From positions 17,730 to 81,729 of the IMG/VR virus record IMGVR_UViG_3300028392_000054: DNA of 64,000 nt; one strand, 5' to 3'. Below, one piece after another: positions 35,443 to 44,995 of this stretch. The stretch's first letter is position 1. Each line of letters begins with the position of its first letter. Position numbers and translations under genes: made by a program. Under the pieces are notes generated by a model. The model saw only the letters and a list, made by a program, of their open reading frames with translations. It had not been told where the DNA came from and did not search any database. Source of the stretch: a virus.

Positions 35443-37625
35443 TAGTGTCTTCCTCCTGAGCCTCTAGCCTCATCTTTAATTGCTTCATCAGCTAAATATT
35501 GTTTAATAGCTTCTACAATTCCTACGGTATCTTGAGCACCATTAACATTAATAGTAATATTTCTAGCAATACCTATTTCTTTAGTTCCCCATTCATCAGC
35601 TTTTACAGCTACATTTAATGCTTCAAGGCCTTTATCTTTTTTAAGCACAGTAGCAATATCTTTAAAATTATCTTGTTGCAAAGTTGCAATAGTCGCCGCA
35701 ATTCCGGCATCTTCATTAGCAAATTCTTGCACACCGCCATTTGGATTTGATAATGACCAGCCAGCATAATTTTTAGCAATTGAATTACCGTCAGAACGAG
35801 TAGTGTTTAACGGGTTATTCCAACCTTGATAGTTATTACCAGAAGAGCTTTCTGAGGAAGCCCAAGATACCATAGCAGCTAAATTTGATTTAGTTACCGG
35901 AGCGCCCATGCCTTTTAGTACTTTTCCAGCCCACCCTAAAATGCTGTCGTTAGACTGTTTAAATCCTTTAGGATGAAGTTTTTGATTTCTTAATTCGGAA
36001 GAATCATGAGTTTCTTTTTTAGGTTTAGGAATAATTGTGTTTCCACCGCCACCCCCGCCAGTAGGGCTTCCTCCAGGAAATCCGTTATTACCCGTACCTG
36101 AAGTTCCGTTGGGGGTCATTCCGTTAGTGCCATTCGAGCTGTTGTCGTAGTTTTGATTAAGCATCAAACTACCTAAAATTCCTACGTCCCAACCGCTACC
36201 TGCCCAAGCAGAAGTTCCGCTATCAGGAGTGCTCTTACCAGACATAATGTCCTTGTACCATTGCTCATCACGTTGTTGCGTAACGTTTCTAGATATAGCT
36301 CCCACACCTAAAGCAAGAGCTGCGGCTAAAGCAACATATTTAATTGCTTTAATTCCTTCCAGAGAAACATCAGCAGCGCCTTTAGTTGCATCAATAAGTC
36401 CTTTAATAAGGATACCTCCGGTGCCATTACCTGCTCCACCTAGAGTTTGGCTAAACGTGGTTGCTGTAACTAAACTTTCCATTAAAGGCATCATTGCTGT
36501 AGCCATTGTAGTAAAACTTGTAATTAAATCATTAGCGCCTTGAATACCTAAAACACCACCTGTTGTATAGGCGTTTACGTTTGCACTACCTGCGGCATTT
36601 CTACGACCAATACTTTGAGTAATACCCGGGTTAGCGCCGGTAGTAAGAAGTTCTTTTTTACCCGCTTCGGTTTGATAACCGCCGCCAACTTTTGCACCAT
36701 TATTTTTAGCAAATTGAAACAAATAAGAAATAACGGATTGTTTAAGAACAGCATCTGTTCCGAAATACTGGTCAAGCAACATGGCCACTGAGTTACCTGC
36801 TTGCAAAGAGTATGATAAATCAGCTTCAGTAATTCGTGCAGTTCCAGATTTACTGCCATTTAGTGAACGCCAAAGATCGCGTGCAATGTCTTCAACGTTG
36901 CGCATAAAACCATTTTGGTCACGTACGTTAATACCAATCATACGAAGCTTATTAATACTTGAGCCTTGGTTAAGGGCGCTTACCGCGTTCATACCACCTT
37001 CAAGACCAATACCCGGCATTACGTTAGAAATACCAGCTGTGCTGTTAATAATGGTGTTATAGTTTTTAAGGCCAGACATAAGGCCCATAGAGTTACCGGC
37101 CATAGTCGCATTAGCGGCGTCCATAGCGCTAATTGGAGTACCACGGCTAGACATAGAGGCAAACGCAAAACCTCCACCTATGGTACCAATATTATCATTT
37201 TTTCTACTATACGACCCTTGGAAGAAACCAAAACGACGACGGGCTATATCGTTGGTTATATATTGCTCACCATCAACACCCGTAGCAAGAGCAGTAAGAG
37301 CCGCACCCGCCATTGATTTTACGGCAGAAGAAAAACTACTCGCACTAGAACCAGAAGCGCTAGCGCCTCTTGGGCCACCCGGTCCACCCGGTCCACCCGG
37401 CTCTCCTGGCTCTGGCGGCTCACTAGGTTCCGACATAGAAGAAGCACCGCCACCACGACGTTTTTTACCAGAGTTTTGTAAATTACCAGCAATGCTTTTA
37501 GATAACTTTTCAGTTTCTTTAAGGGTAATATTAAGCTTTTTATATTCGTCGTTAAGATCAGCGACTAGGCGGGTTTTAGATGTACCTCCGCCTAAACCAA
37601 AAGAGCTTTTTACACTCGCCGCCAT
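35442..37625 (-). CDS. tape measure protein with probable C-terminal lysozyme-like domain
   Basis: Ala/Gly-rich and helical, follows the chaperone; C-terminal AMVSWASSES...NNPLNTT...GVQEF..EDAGIAATIATL. Confidence 0.75.
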   Translation of the reverse strand: MAASVKSSFGLGGGTSKTRLVADLNDEYKKLNITLKETEKLSKSIAGNLQNSGKKRRGGGASSMSEPSEPPEPGEPGGPGGPGGPRGASASGSSASSFSSAVKSMAGAALTALATGVDGEQYITNDIARRRFGFFQGSYSRKNDNIGTIGGGFAFASMSSRGTPISAMDAANATMAGNSMGLMSGLKNYNTIINSTAGISNVMPGIGLEGGMNAVSALNQGSSINKLRMIGINVRDQNGFMRNVEDIARDLWRSLNGSKSGTARITEADLSYSLQAGNSVAMLLDQYFGTDAVLKQSVISYLFQFAKNNGAKVGGGYQTEAGKKELLTTGANPGITQSIGRRNAAGSANVNAYTTGGVLGIQGANDLITSFTTMATAMMPLMESLVTATTFSQTLGGAGNGTGGILIKGLIDATKGAADVSLEGIKAIKYVALAAALALGVGAISRNVTQQRDEQWYKDIMSGKSTPDSGTSAWAGSGWDVGILGSLMLNQNYDNSSNGTNGMTPNGTSGTGNNGFPGGSPTGGGGGGNTIIPKPKKETHDSSELRNQKLHPKGFKQSNDSILGWAGKVLKGMGAPVTKSNLAAMVSWASSESSSGNNYQGWNNPLNTTRSDGNSIAKNYAGWSLSNPNGGVQEFANEDAGIAATIATLQQDNFKDIATVLKKDKGLEALNVAVKADEWGTKEIGIARNITINVNGAQDTVGIVEAIKQYLADEAIKDEARGSGGRH

Positions 37626-37634
37626 GTTCTACCT

Positions 37635-37781
37635 TTATTTACGGGCTGCCCTAGACAGCCAATTTCTACGTTCTCTTACGGACAAACTTCTGATGTCAGA
37701 CAGCGTCCAGCCGGGAAATGTTCTAGATAGTGCTTCATATTGGTCGAGTAGTTGTTCGTAATCTTTTTCTTTATAGACGAA
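37635..37781 (-). CDS. tail assembly chaperone frameshift extension (+1 frame)
   Basis: FVYKEKDYEQLLDQYEALSRTFPGWTLSDIRSLSVRERRNWLSRAARK; no usable start codon. Confidence 0.75.
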   Translation of the reverse strand, partial: FVYKEKDYEQLLDQYEALSRTFPGWTLSDIRSLSVRERRNWLSRAARK

Positions 37782-38571
37782 ACAAGTCAGCTAACGACAG
37801 TGGAAGAGGGATATCCTCACCACAAGCCTCGCAAGTCGTCTTCACCTCCCCGAGGCGTGGGCCCGGGTTACGCTTAATAATCTCATTAATCACACCGTCA
37901 CGGTCAGCCATACCTAATGTAAGGGCAGTGCTAGCACCTAATGATGGCTCACCGTTTATTGATTTGAGACATGAAGCGAGTAAAATGGTGTTGAGCTCTG
38001 AGTTTGTCTTATCAGAGTTTTCAACAAGTTTCCTTTGAGCAGCCCCAGTAGGAAGACCTACTACAATTGCTCCATGCTTTTTAGACATGTATGTAAAAGT
38101 TCTGTCATTGATTGGGTCTTCAAGCTCCCTGACAGGGACATCTTTAACCAAATCAACAGCTACTTCTAAATCAGTGTTACAGTGTGGGCAAGGGAACTCA
38201 TAGTCAACGGTATCGCCAAAAGTAACTCGACGAATACCAATCAACAAAGCGTCTCGGTCACCGCTCAATAATTGGTCAAGGTCTGCCTTATCTACTGCGT
38301 TAGCTCCAATAGAAATTACGCCTCGCTGCAACATTGCAGCAAGTGCTTTACCGGCAGAACCGGCCTTTGATACAGCTTCTTCATCCATGCCGTTTAACTC
38401 ACGAACTTCACCATATTTAATCAAAGAACCATCCTTAGCCAAGAACCCACCCGGAAGAATTACATTCGAGTTTGACGGTGCAACGGTTTTAATTTCGGCC
38501 TCTGGACCTTTTTCCAAATCCTGTGCGTACTGGGAAATAAGGTTTGGGTCGTTAGAGATATTGTTTGCCAT
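37771..38571 (-). CDS. tail assembly chaperone / baseplate hub assembly protein
   Basis: VRELNGMDEE, GDRDALLIGIRRVTFG, CPHC and CEAC; between tube and tape measure. Confidence 0.8.
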   Translation of the reverse strand: MANNISNDPNLISQYAQDLEKGPEAEIKTVAPSNSNVILPGGFLAKDGSLIKYGEVRELNGMDEEAVSKAGSAGKALAAMLQRGVISIGANAVDKADLDQLLSGDRDALLIGIRRVTFGDTVDYEFPCPHCNTDLEVAVDLVKDVPVRELEDPINDRTFTYMSKKHGAIVVGLPTGAAQRKLVENSDKTNSELNTILLASCLKSINGEPSLGASTALTLGMADRDGVINEIIKRNPGPRLGEVKTTCEACGEDIPLPLSLADLFRL

Positions 38572-38621
38572 GTTGTACTCCTAATTAGATATAGCTATTT
38601 TATCAGATTTTAAATGTTAAA

Positions 38622-39251
38622 TTACGTTAGTGTAGCTGATACGTTTGAACCAAAGTTAGCTAGCTGAACTGATAGACCTTCGTGAACCAAAGTCATAGTT
38701 TCATACATCAATGAGTTGTCAGAAGCGCTTAGGTCTGAATAGCTAAGGCCTGAAATCCATGCGTTGTGCACAATAAACTTCATCTTGTAAGAAGACTTAT
38801 TAATGATGTCTGAGGCGCTAATAGCAGGAGCACCAGTAGCTGGGTGGTCTAGTACGTAGATATCCATGTCACAGCGGAATGATGAACCATCTACTCCGGC
38901 AATACCTTCACCAGAGCTAGCAGCAAACAACTGCTTAAACCAGTTGATACCTTCGCTCTGACCTAGGATTACACCACGTGAAAGAGTAATTGGCTGGAAA
39001 GTAACACGACCAGGAAGCTGGTGCAAAGATGTATTCATACCACCTTCACGGTAACTAATTCCATCAATAGTCATACCTAGACCTGATACAGATGTAAACC
39101 CGCCCTTGAACTTCAAGAAGCTGTTTACACCGGCAGCAGATGAACCTGGTACACCAGTATCTCCATTTATACGGAAATCAACAATGAACCTAAAGTTTCT
39201 TAAAGGGTCAGTTTGTAGTTTTGAAAAGCGTGAAATTGCGCTCTGTGCCAT
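38622..39251 (-). CDS. tail tube protein (T4 gp19-like)
   Basis: DPLRNFRF.V, GFTSVSGL, YREGG, LPGRVTFQPITLSRGV, ETMTLVHEG. Confidence 0.92.
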   Translation of the reverse strand: MAQSAISRFSKLQTDPLRNFRFIVDFRINGDTGVPGSSAAGVNSFLKFKGGFTSVSGLGMTIDGISYREGGMNTSLHQLPGRVTFQPITLSRGVILGQSEGINWFKQLFAASSGEGIAGVDGSSFRCDMDIYVLDHPATGAPAISASDIINKSSYKMKFIVHNAWISGLSYSDLSASDNSLMYETMTLVHEGLSVQLANFGSNVSATLT

Positions 39252-39263
39252 TTATTTTTCCTC

Positions 39264-41990
39264 CTACAGGACTGTTACAACAGAACCACTGTCGTACTGG
39301 CTAATACGGATTACCACAAATTCAGCAGGACGCTGAAGTGCTACACCGATTTCTAAGTGAACCTCACCAGCAGCAATGCTAGATACGGTGTTGATGGAGC
39401 TATCGGATTTTACGTAGAAAGCGTCCAATGCTGTAGTTCCTTTTAGACCTCCGGATTGCCAGAAGTTAATTAGGATTGCTTCACAAGTGGTCTGTAGACG
39501 GTTCCATAGGCGCTCGTCGTTTGACTCAAATAAAGCAAAAGCTGTTGAATCTGTCAGGGTCTTACGTAAGTAAATAAGGCTTCTACGTACTGAAATATAG
39601 CGGTTGCTGTATGTGCTGCTAAGTGTACGAGCACCCATTACTACGATTCCAGAACCTGGGATATAACGAATAGCGTTCACAGGAGTAGCAGTAGCAAACG
39701 TATTAGGATTAGTTGTTCCGTTGTTTAGGTAATCCAATTCGTTGTTTGTCAAAGTAGTAACTGATACAACACCAGACAAACGAGCTTCTAGACCAGCAGG
39801 TGACTTAAAGACACCACGTGAGCTATCGGTTGTAGCATACTTAGCAGCAATCGCTCCACCAGGATAAGCAGTAGTAATTGCGCCAGGGCTGCTGGATGTA
39901 GGGTTTGGAATTGTTAGGTTGGGATAGTAAACCGCACCATAACCAAGAGCCGCAGAACCAGCAGAACCACCTGTGTATGAGTTAGCCAAAGTAAGTTGAC
40001 TTGTCACATCTAGAGTAGCTTGTGTAGGGTCAATTATTACAAAAACATCACCACGGTTATACGCGTATGTAAGAAGCGCGTTTACGTTAGCTGCTTCAGT
40101 AACACCAGAAGCATTTAGCAAAATAGGCTGGTTAATGGCATCCAACTTTGCAGTAGCACTAGTAGCTGCTACAGCAGTGTTGGTTACAGTAGAACCATCG
40201 CTACCACCGGTAAGGGCGGCATTTGTAAATGTTAAAGAAGTGTTTGCAGGTACCGTCATTGATGCGCTTAAAACCGCAGTATTAGAAGTAACTGTTCCAA
40301 GGGCAGTAATTGCACCTGGGTTTGAGCCCACGTTAATTACCAATGTTGTACCAGTCGTACCGGTTTGAGCTGTGAAAGTACCGTTGTAACCTGTTGGAGT
40401 AACGCCAGAAACAACTACAGTTGCACCTACAGCAATATTGTGATTGCTAGCAGTAGACAATGTAATGTTTGGAGCAGAATAGCTAACAGTTTGCGCAATA
40501 ATAACCGCAGCAACACCATAACTAGAAACAGTAGTTCCAGAAGTGATACCATTACCAGCAACGTTCATACCCGCATTAATGCTAGAGCTAGTGCTAGTTA
40601 AGTTAACCAAAGTGCTTGCACCAAGTGCGCCCGTTGAAGTAGCTGTTTGAGATACTAACGCTGTTGTAACAGGAGTATTTGTAGTAGCAAAGTTAACTGC
40701 GGTGTGGTTAGCTGCGTTAGAATCAGTAGCAATTACGTAGTTAGACGAAGCGTTAATAATAGTAGGCGCATATGATGATTCTGTTGCAAGTAATGTAAGA
40801 TCGCTAAAACGTTCTACAATGTAACCAGCAGAAGTTCCACCTGAATAAATAGCCAAGTTAAAATACTTACCAGGATATGAAGTGTTTGAGGTAGAATTTG
40901 AAATTTCATAATAAAGACCATTAGTCCATAAACCAGGGGTCTTAGCGGTTAGTGTAAGCTCATCTGTACCGCTTTGTGAAGTAGCCGTGCCCGCAGTAGT
41001 AAGAATTGCAGAAGGTGACTGAACATTTGTAACCGTGAATGATGAGGTGGTCGGCACAGCCGTTACTACGAATGTACCATTGTAAGTAGAAGGAACAGCA
41101 CCTGCTACCACAACAGTTTGTCCAACCTTTATATTGTGAGCTGTGTTAACCACAATGTTACCGGCAACAGTAATCGCACCTAAGTTTGCACCTGTGTTAA
41201 TTACCAAAGATGTGGTAGTTGTACCAGTCTGTGCGGTCCAAGTACCGTTATAACCGGCTGGAGTAACACCAGAAATAGTAACTACTGTACCAACAGTTAA
41301 ACCGGTAATTGCGCTAATTCCAATAGAGCTGTTTGGGGCAGAATATGTAGGAGTAGGGGTACCAGTAGGGTAACCAGTACCTGTAGTAAGAGTTACGCTA
41401 GTTCCGCTGGTTACTGGAGTCTGAAGACCAACAGCAACTGTAGTATTTCCCTTAATCTTTACAGAAGAAGCTATAGTGCTTGTAACTGTAAGCGGAGTTC
41501 CTGCTGGAACAGTAGCATTTTTGCTTAAAGTCAAAGTTGTACCAGCTACCACGGTAATAATAGTTCCTGCTGAAATACCATTACCAGTAATAGTTGCGCC
41601 AACAGCATTTGCAGAAGTAATTGTGCCCGCGGTAGTTCCATCCGATGTAGCAAGGCCAGAAGCAGCGGCAATAGTTAACGTAGCGCTATTTGAAGTAGCA
41701 GAACCTGAAACAGCAGCTGTAGTAACTACTACACGCTGGATGTAACACTGGCTTCCACCATTAGCAAAAAATAGGTAAACAGCAGTCGCAGAATCTGCGT
41801 CTGTAGAGTTAGCCAAAATATCACCATACAGAGATGTGAACTGGCTCCATGAAGACACTAGAGTGGCGTCAAGTGGGCCTTTTGCAAAATAGCCCATAAA
41901 AGTAGCTACTGTGGCAGTAGGGGTAGAGGACAGCGCTACAGAAGAAGCGACTTCTTCTAGGTATACTCCGGGGCGGTTATAAGTCGCCAT
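39264..41990 (-). CDS. tail sheath protein with inserted repeat modules
   Basis: RPGVYLEE, FFANGGSQCYIQRV, RGVFKSPAG, VMGARTL, YISVRR, FESNDERLW, PAEFVVIRI. Confidence 0.93.
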   Translation of the reverse strand: MATYNRPGVYLEEVASSVALSSTPTATVATFMGYFAKGPLDATLVSSWSQFTSLYGDILANSTDADSATAVYLFFANGGSQCYIQRVVVTTAAVSGSATSNSATLTIAAASGLATSDGTTAGTITSANAVGATITGNGISAGTIITVVAGTTLTLSKNATVPAGTPLTVTSTIASSVKIKGNTTVAVGLQTPVTSGTSVTLTTGTGYPTGTPTPTYSAPNSSIGISAITGLTVGTVVTISGVTPAGYNGTWTAQTGTTTTSLVINTGANLGAITVAGNIVVNTAHNIKVGQTVVVAGAVPSTYNGTFVVTAVPTTSSFTVTNVQSPSAILTTAGTATSQSGTDELTLTAKTPGLWTNGLYYEISNSTSNTSYPGKYFNLAIYSGGTSAGYIVERFSDLTLLATESSYAPTIINASSNYVIATDSNAANHTAVNFATTNTPVTTALVSQTATSTGALGASTLVNLTSTSSSINAGMNVAGNGITSGTTVSSYGVAAVIIAQTVSYSAPNITLSTASNHNIAVGATVVVSGVTPTGYNGTFTAQTGTTGTTLVINVGSNPGAITALGTVTSNTAVLSASMTVPANTSLTFTNAALTGGSDGSTVTNTAVAATSATAKLDAINQPILLNASGVTEAANVNALLTYAYNRGDVFVIIDPTQATLDVTSQLTLANSYTGGSAGSAALGYGAVYYPNLTIPNPTSSSPGAITTAYPGGAIAAKYATTDSSRGVFKSPAGLEARLSGVVSVTTLTNNELDYLNNGTTNPNTFATATPVNAIRYIPGSGIVVMGARTLSSTYSNRYISVRRSLIYLRKTLTDSTAFALFESNDERLWNRLQTTCEAILINFWQSGGLKGTTALDAFYVKSDSSINTVSSIAAGEVHLEIGVALQRPAEFVVIRISQYDSGSVVTVL

Positions 41991-42029
41991 AAGATTTTCT
42001 CCTTGAGGTTAGTTGAGGGTAAACAAATA

Positions 42030-42647
42030 TTAAACGGGTTGTTGTCCAGATGGGATATCGGTTGTTGTTTTTGTATTAATATTTACAGTGGATACTGTGT
42101 TTGTAGCTGTTGTGTATGTAGCTGCGGTTCCTTCGCTACTCACGGTCACGGTGAATACATTTCGGTATAACCGGCGGTTATCTTCAATGGTATCACGTTT
42201 TGTGAACTCTTCTAATATCAAATGCCTATAAGATGTCTCGGTCGCTAAGTCATTAGGAACCGATAAATAGCCGCGTTTTGATATAAAAACCTTATTTAAA
42301 AGATGAGCAATAATAGCTCTATCATGCCTAGGATGGCGGGAATAAGTAGTAATCTGGTACATTAAATCCCAAGCCACAGGAATTTCATAGCTATAAACAG
42401 TATTACCGCTAGGAGCAATTGTGCCCTGTAAGTCATTATCTTGGAATACCCCAGAGTGCTGGCGGTAAGTAGCTGGGTCAAAGTCTAATAACTCAATAGT
42501 AATATAAGGGTAACTTTGGGCTCTAGACTCTAAATCTGGGTTAGAAAACCATACACCAACTGAGCGGGTAGCATTTTTGTCATCCGCTACTACAATCCCA
42601 GTAAGCAAGGTTTTAAGGGCAAGGTCTTCACTTAGGATAAAACTCAT
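42030..42647 (-). CDS. tail completion/terminator protein
   Basis: directly before the sheath; YPYITIEL, LMYQITTYSRHPRHD. Confidence 0.6.
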   Translation of the reverse strand: MSFILSEDLALKTLLTGIVVADDKNATRSVGVWFSNPDLESRAQSYPYITIELLDFDPATYRQHSGVFQDNDLQGTIAPSGNTVYSYEIPVAWDLMYQITTYSRHPRHDRAIIAHLLNKVFISKRGYLSVPNDLATETSYRHLILEEFTKRDTIEDNRRLYRNVFTVTVSSEGTAATYTTATNTVSTVNINTKTTTDIPSGQQPV

Positions 42648-42970
42648 GGAATAATCCCCTGCTCAGCTAAATAATCTAGGGATGAACCAGCTAAATCTTT
42701 AGCAATGAAGTTCATGTTTTTAGTAACAAATCTTCTAAATATAGGCTTAGGGCTCTCAATACCGTCGCCATACTCTAAGTCATCAATTTGCTGGGTATAT
42801 CGTTCAGGATAATAAACAATGATTTTTAAATCTTTTATTTCAACTTTAAGTTGAGAAGATATGTTTCTTGGCCACTCTGCGTTTTCAGCGTCTATCTTTA
42901 ATAACTTAGTAAGGTCTTTGTTTATTCCCGTAAAAGCCTTTTTTGAATATGCTACAAATTCTACGCTCAT
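42644..42970 (-). CDS. neck protein (HK97 gp10-like)
   Basis: DLEYG...P.PIFR motif and position. Confidence 0.55.
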   Translation of the reverse strand: MSVEFVAYSKKAFTGINKDLTKLLKIDAENAEWPRNISSQLKVEIKDLKIIVYYPERYTQQIDDLEYGDGIESPKPIFRRFVTKNMNFIAKDLAGSSLDYLAEQGIIP

Positions 42971-43113
42971 TTTTTACGCCGCATCGATTTATTTAAAATA
43001 AGCGCAATCAATAATTTTTTGTCGTCTGGAAAGCCATCCAAAAAACCTAAAAAGAACTTCTTGTCTGAAGGTTTAGATACCTTGGACTTAGGGTCCTTGT
43101 CAATAGATGACAT
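42967..43113 (-). CDS. small hypothetical protein
   Basis: hand-translated 48 aa; GGAG RBS, ATGA overlap with the next gene. Confidence 0.55.
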   Translation of the reverse strand: MSSIDKDPKSKVSKPSDKKFFLGFLDGFPDDKKLLIALILNKSMRRKK

Positions 43114-43185
43114 GATAGTCTCCAATGGAGTAGCAATATACAACGCAAATTTGAATCAGCCCCCGCATAGGGCTACTATTAGGAT

Positions 43186-43213
43186 AAAAGAAAAGCCCCG
43201 CTTTCGCAGGGCT
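43186..43213 (-). terminator. intrinsic terminator
   Basis: AGCCCTGC-GAAA-GCGGGGCT followed by TTTCTTTT. Confidence 0.85.
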
Positions 43214-43227
43214 AAACTTTTTAATTA

Positions 43228-43563
43228 TTACGGCTTCTTTTTCTTGAAAGAAGGACCATCTTTCATAGGCTTATTAACAGGGTTTTTAGCCTTACCCTCA
43301 GACCAAACACCGGCAACATTACCTTTTCTTACAGCTTTTTTAGTGCCCTTTAAGTCCTTGTTAATGTTCAAAGCTTCGTTAACAAGCTTGCCTTTCTTAT
43401 CGTAAGACGGCCTGTCTGTTCTAGAATAGCTAGTACCTTTAGTTTGAGTCCATTTACTTTTATCATCTTTATTACTTTGAACAGTGACTTTAGCACCGCT
43501 TGGGGTTCTAACCGTATTGGTAATAATTTTTTTACGAGTTGGTTTTGGATTATTCTTTCCCAT
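43228..43563 (-). CDS. Lys-rich hypothetical protein
   Basis: 111-aa ORF in the basic-protein cluster. Confidence 0.65.
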   Translation of the reverse strand: MGKNNPKPTRKKIITNTVRTPSGAKVTVQSNKDDKSKWTQTKGTSYSRTDRPSYDKKGKLVNEALNINKDLKGTKKAVRKGNVAGVWSEGKAKNPVNKPMKDGPSFKKKKP

Positions 43564-43565
43564 GG

Positions 43566-43835
43566 TTACTTTTTCTTTCCTTTACAGGTAGGGCACTTGC
43601 CACACTTACCATTAGTACACTTCTTAACCTTAGCGGCTAGAGCTTTGTCCATCTTCATGTCGGCAGACTTAGACGGGTTCTTAGCATCCATCTTCTTGTC
43701 GCCCTTTTTAAAGGCGGTTTTCTGCTTAGGGCTCATGCCCTGCATCATTTTCTTATCAGCTTTTTCGTCAGCCTTTGAGCCGGTCCAAGGGTTCTTGCCC
43801 TTGTTTGCTGCGTTCTTTTTAGCGTGCATCGCCAT
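43566..43835 (-). CDS. Lys-rich protein with C-terminal Cys cluster
   Basis: 89 aa ending CTNGKCGKCPTCKGKKK. Confidence 0.65.
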   Translation of the reverse strand: MAMHAKKNAANKGKNPWTGSKADEKADKKMMQGMSPKQKTAFKKGDKKMDAKNPSKSADMKMDKALAAKVKKCTNGKCGKCPTCKGKKK

Positions 43836-43892
43836 TTGACGGGTCCTTTCGACAGTTACAATTATTACATTTACACTCTGGCATTATTGGTC

Positions 43893-44072
43893 TTACTCCT
43901 TAAAATCTTCAACAGCTTTATTCTTAGCCGCCGATCTTGTTCTAGCTCTTTTAGTAGCAGGGTTTTTATGCCCACCAGTTTTAAATTTGCCCATATTTTC
44001 GTGCAATTCAGCAGACGCCGCTTTACGCATAGCCGCCTCAGCTTTATTTAGATTTTGCTTTTTTGGAAACAT
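43893..44072 (-). CDS. small basic protein
   Basis: hand-translated 59 aa MFPKKQNLNKAEAAMRK...RARTRSAAKNKAVEDFKE. Confidence 0.5.
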   Translation of the reverse strand: MFPKKQNLNKAEAAMRKAASAELHENMGKFKTGGHKNPATKRARTRSAAKNKAVEDFKE

Positions 44073-44376
44073 TCTTCTTGCCCTCTAAACGCTTAGACAT
44101 AGCCGCAGCCTTCTTCCTAGCATCAGCTTTTGAAGAAGCACCCCAAGCCTGCAACGACAGTAGGAGCCTTGTAGGCTCGCCATTAGGCTTACGCTCAGGG
44201 CCTGGATTACCTGCCATACGAGCCAAGAAAGAAGCCCTACGCGGGTTATCACCGGACTTTACAGGTGCCTTTAGGTCGGAGCCTGGATTAGCCCTCTCAT
44301 AGGACTTACGGCCCTTTTCATTAAGGCCGCCTTTAGCGTTTTTACCTGACTTTTTCTGCCATGCTTCACTTGCCAT
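44044..44376 (-). CDS. basic phage protein (DUF6321-like)
   Basis: AWQKKSGKNAKGGLNEKGRKSY...LKAPV...RRASFLARM...SLQAWG. Confidence 0.75.
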   Translation of the reverse strand: MASEAWQKKSGKNAKGGLNEKGRKSYERANPGSDLKAPVKSGDNPRRASFLARMAGNPGPERKPNGEPTRLLLSLQAWGASSKADARKKAAAMSKRLEGKKNVSKKAKSK

Positions 44377-44540
44377 TATTTCTTCTTCTTCTTAGCAGCT
44401 GCCATATTGTCTACAAGATTAGGATAAGGTCTACCAGCAGCTTTAGCACGAGCCTTAGCAGCAGCCTTCTTAGGCTTAGTTAGTTTCTTATCTTTTTTAG
44501 TAGGGTCTGGAGTTTCCCAGACTTTTTTCTCTTTAGCCAT
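44376..44540 (-). CDS. small basic protein
   Basis: hand-translated 54 aa ...AAAKARAKAAGRPYPNLVDNMAAAKKKK; TAATG coupling. Confidence 0.7.
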   Translation of the reverse strand: MAKEKKVWETPDPTKKDKKLTKPKKAAAKARAKAAGRPYPNLVDNMAAAKKKKK

Positions 44541-44755
44541 TATTTAATCCTTGGGTGTTCTTTGTGAAATTTCTTAGTAGCCTTTACGCCTTGTTTAACA
44601 GTCTTAGAGCCAGCAAGCTTAGTAAGATTCATACGTTGCTTTTTACCAGTCTTACTGTTTTGTTCAACAATAATGTCACCTTTTTTACCAGCGCCTTTGT
44701 CAACCTTCTTTTTAGTGACTTTATGCGCTTTTCCAGAAGCAGTTACTTTAGTCAT
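44540..44755 (-). CDS. small basic protein
   Basis: 71-aa Lys-rich ORF. Confidence 0.65.
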   Translation of the reverse strand: MTKVTASGKAHKVTKKKVDKGAGKKGDIIVEQNSKTGKKQRMNLTKLAGSKTVKQGVKATKKFHKEHPRIK

Positions 44756-44867
44756 TTTTCTTCTTCTTTACTTCAACAACTGCCTTAGCAATAATTGCTA
44801 CAACAGACACAATAGTTAATCCAACAATAAGTAGTATTCCGGTGTAATAAGGCAGGTCGATAGTCAT
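44748..44867 (-). CDS. small single-TM protein with poly-Lys tail
   Basis: hand-translated 39 aa MTIDLPYYTGILLIVGLTIVSVVAIIAKAVVEVKKKKND. Confidence 0.55.
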   Translation of the reverse strand: MTIDLPYYTGILLIVGLTIVSVVAIIAKAVVEVKKKKND

Positions 44868-44995
44868 TTCTTCTTCTTTACGTTTACTTTTTTAGGTAAA
44901 GCATTTTGATTAGGGGTTTCTTTAGCCCAACGCTTAGCCATTTCCGGCTTAGTGGCAAACATCCATTTTTCTTGTTTCTTAGACTTAAAAGGCAT
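44864..44995 (-). CDS. small basic protein
   Basis: hand-translated 43 aa MPFKSKKQEKWMFATKPEMAKRWAKETP...LPKKV. Confidence 0.7.
   Translation of the reverse strand: MPFKSKKQEKWMFATKPEMAKRWAKETPNQNALPKKVNVKKKK

Noticed and set aside
37373-37400. Short GGTCCACCC repeats, and GCC runs at 240-270 and 34042-34068
   Set aside because: Explained by low-complexity Gly/Pro/Ala coding.
43114-43180. SAM-II/SAM-V riboswitch
   Set aside because: Only superficial GCTGATT similarity; no matching pseudoknot and the downstream genes are structural.
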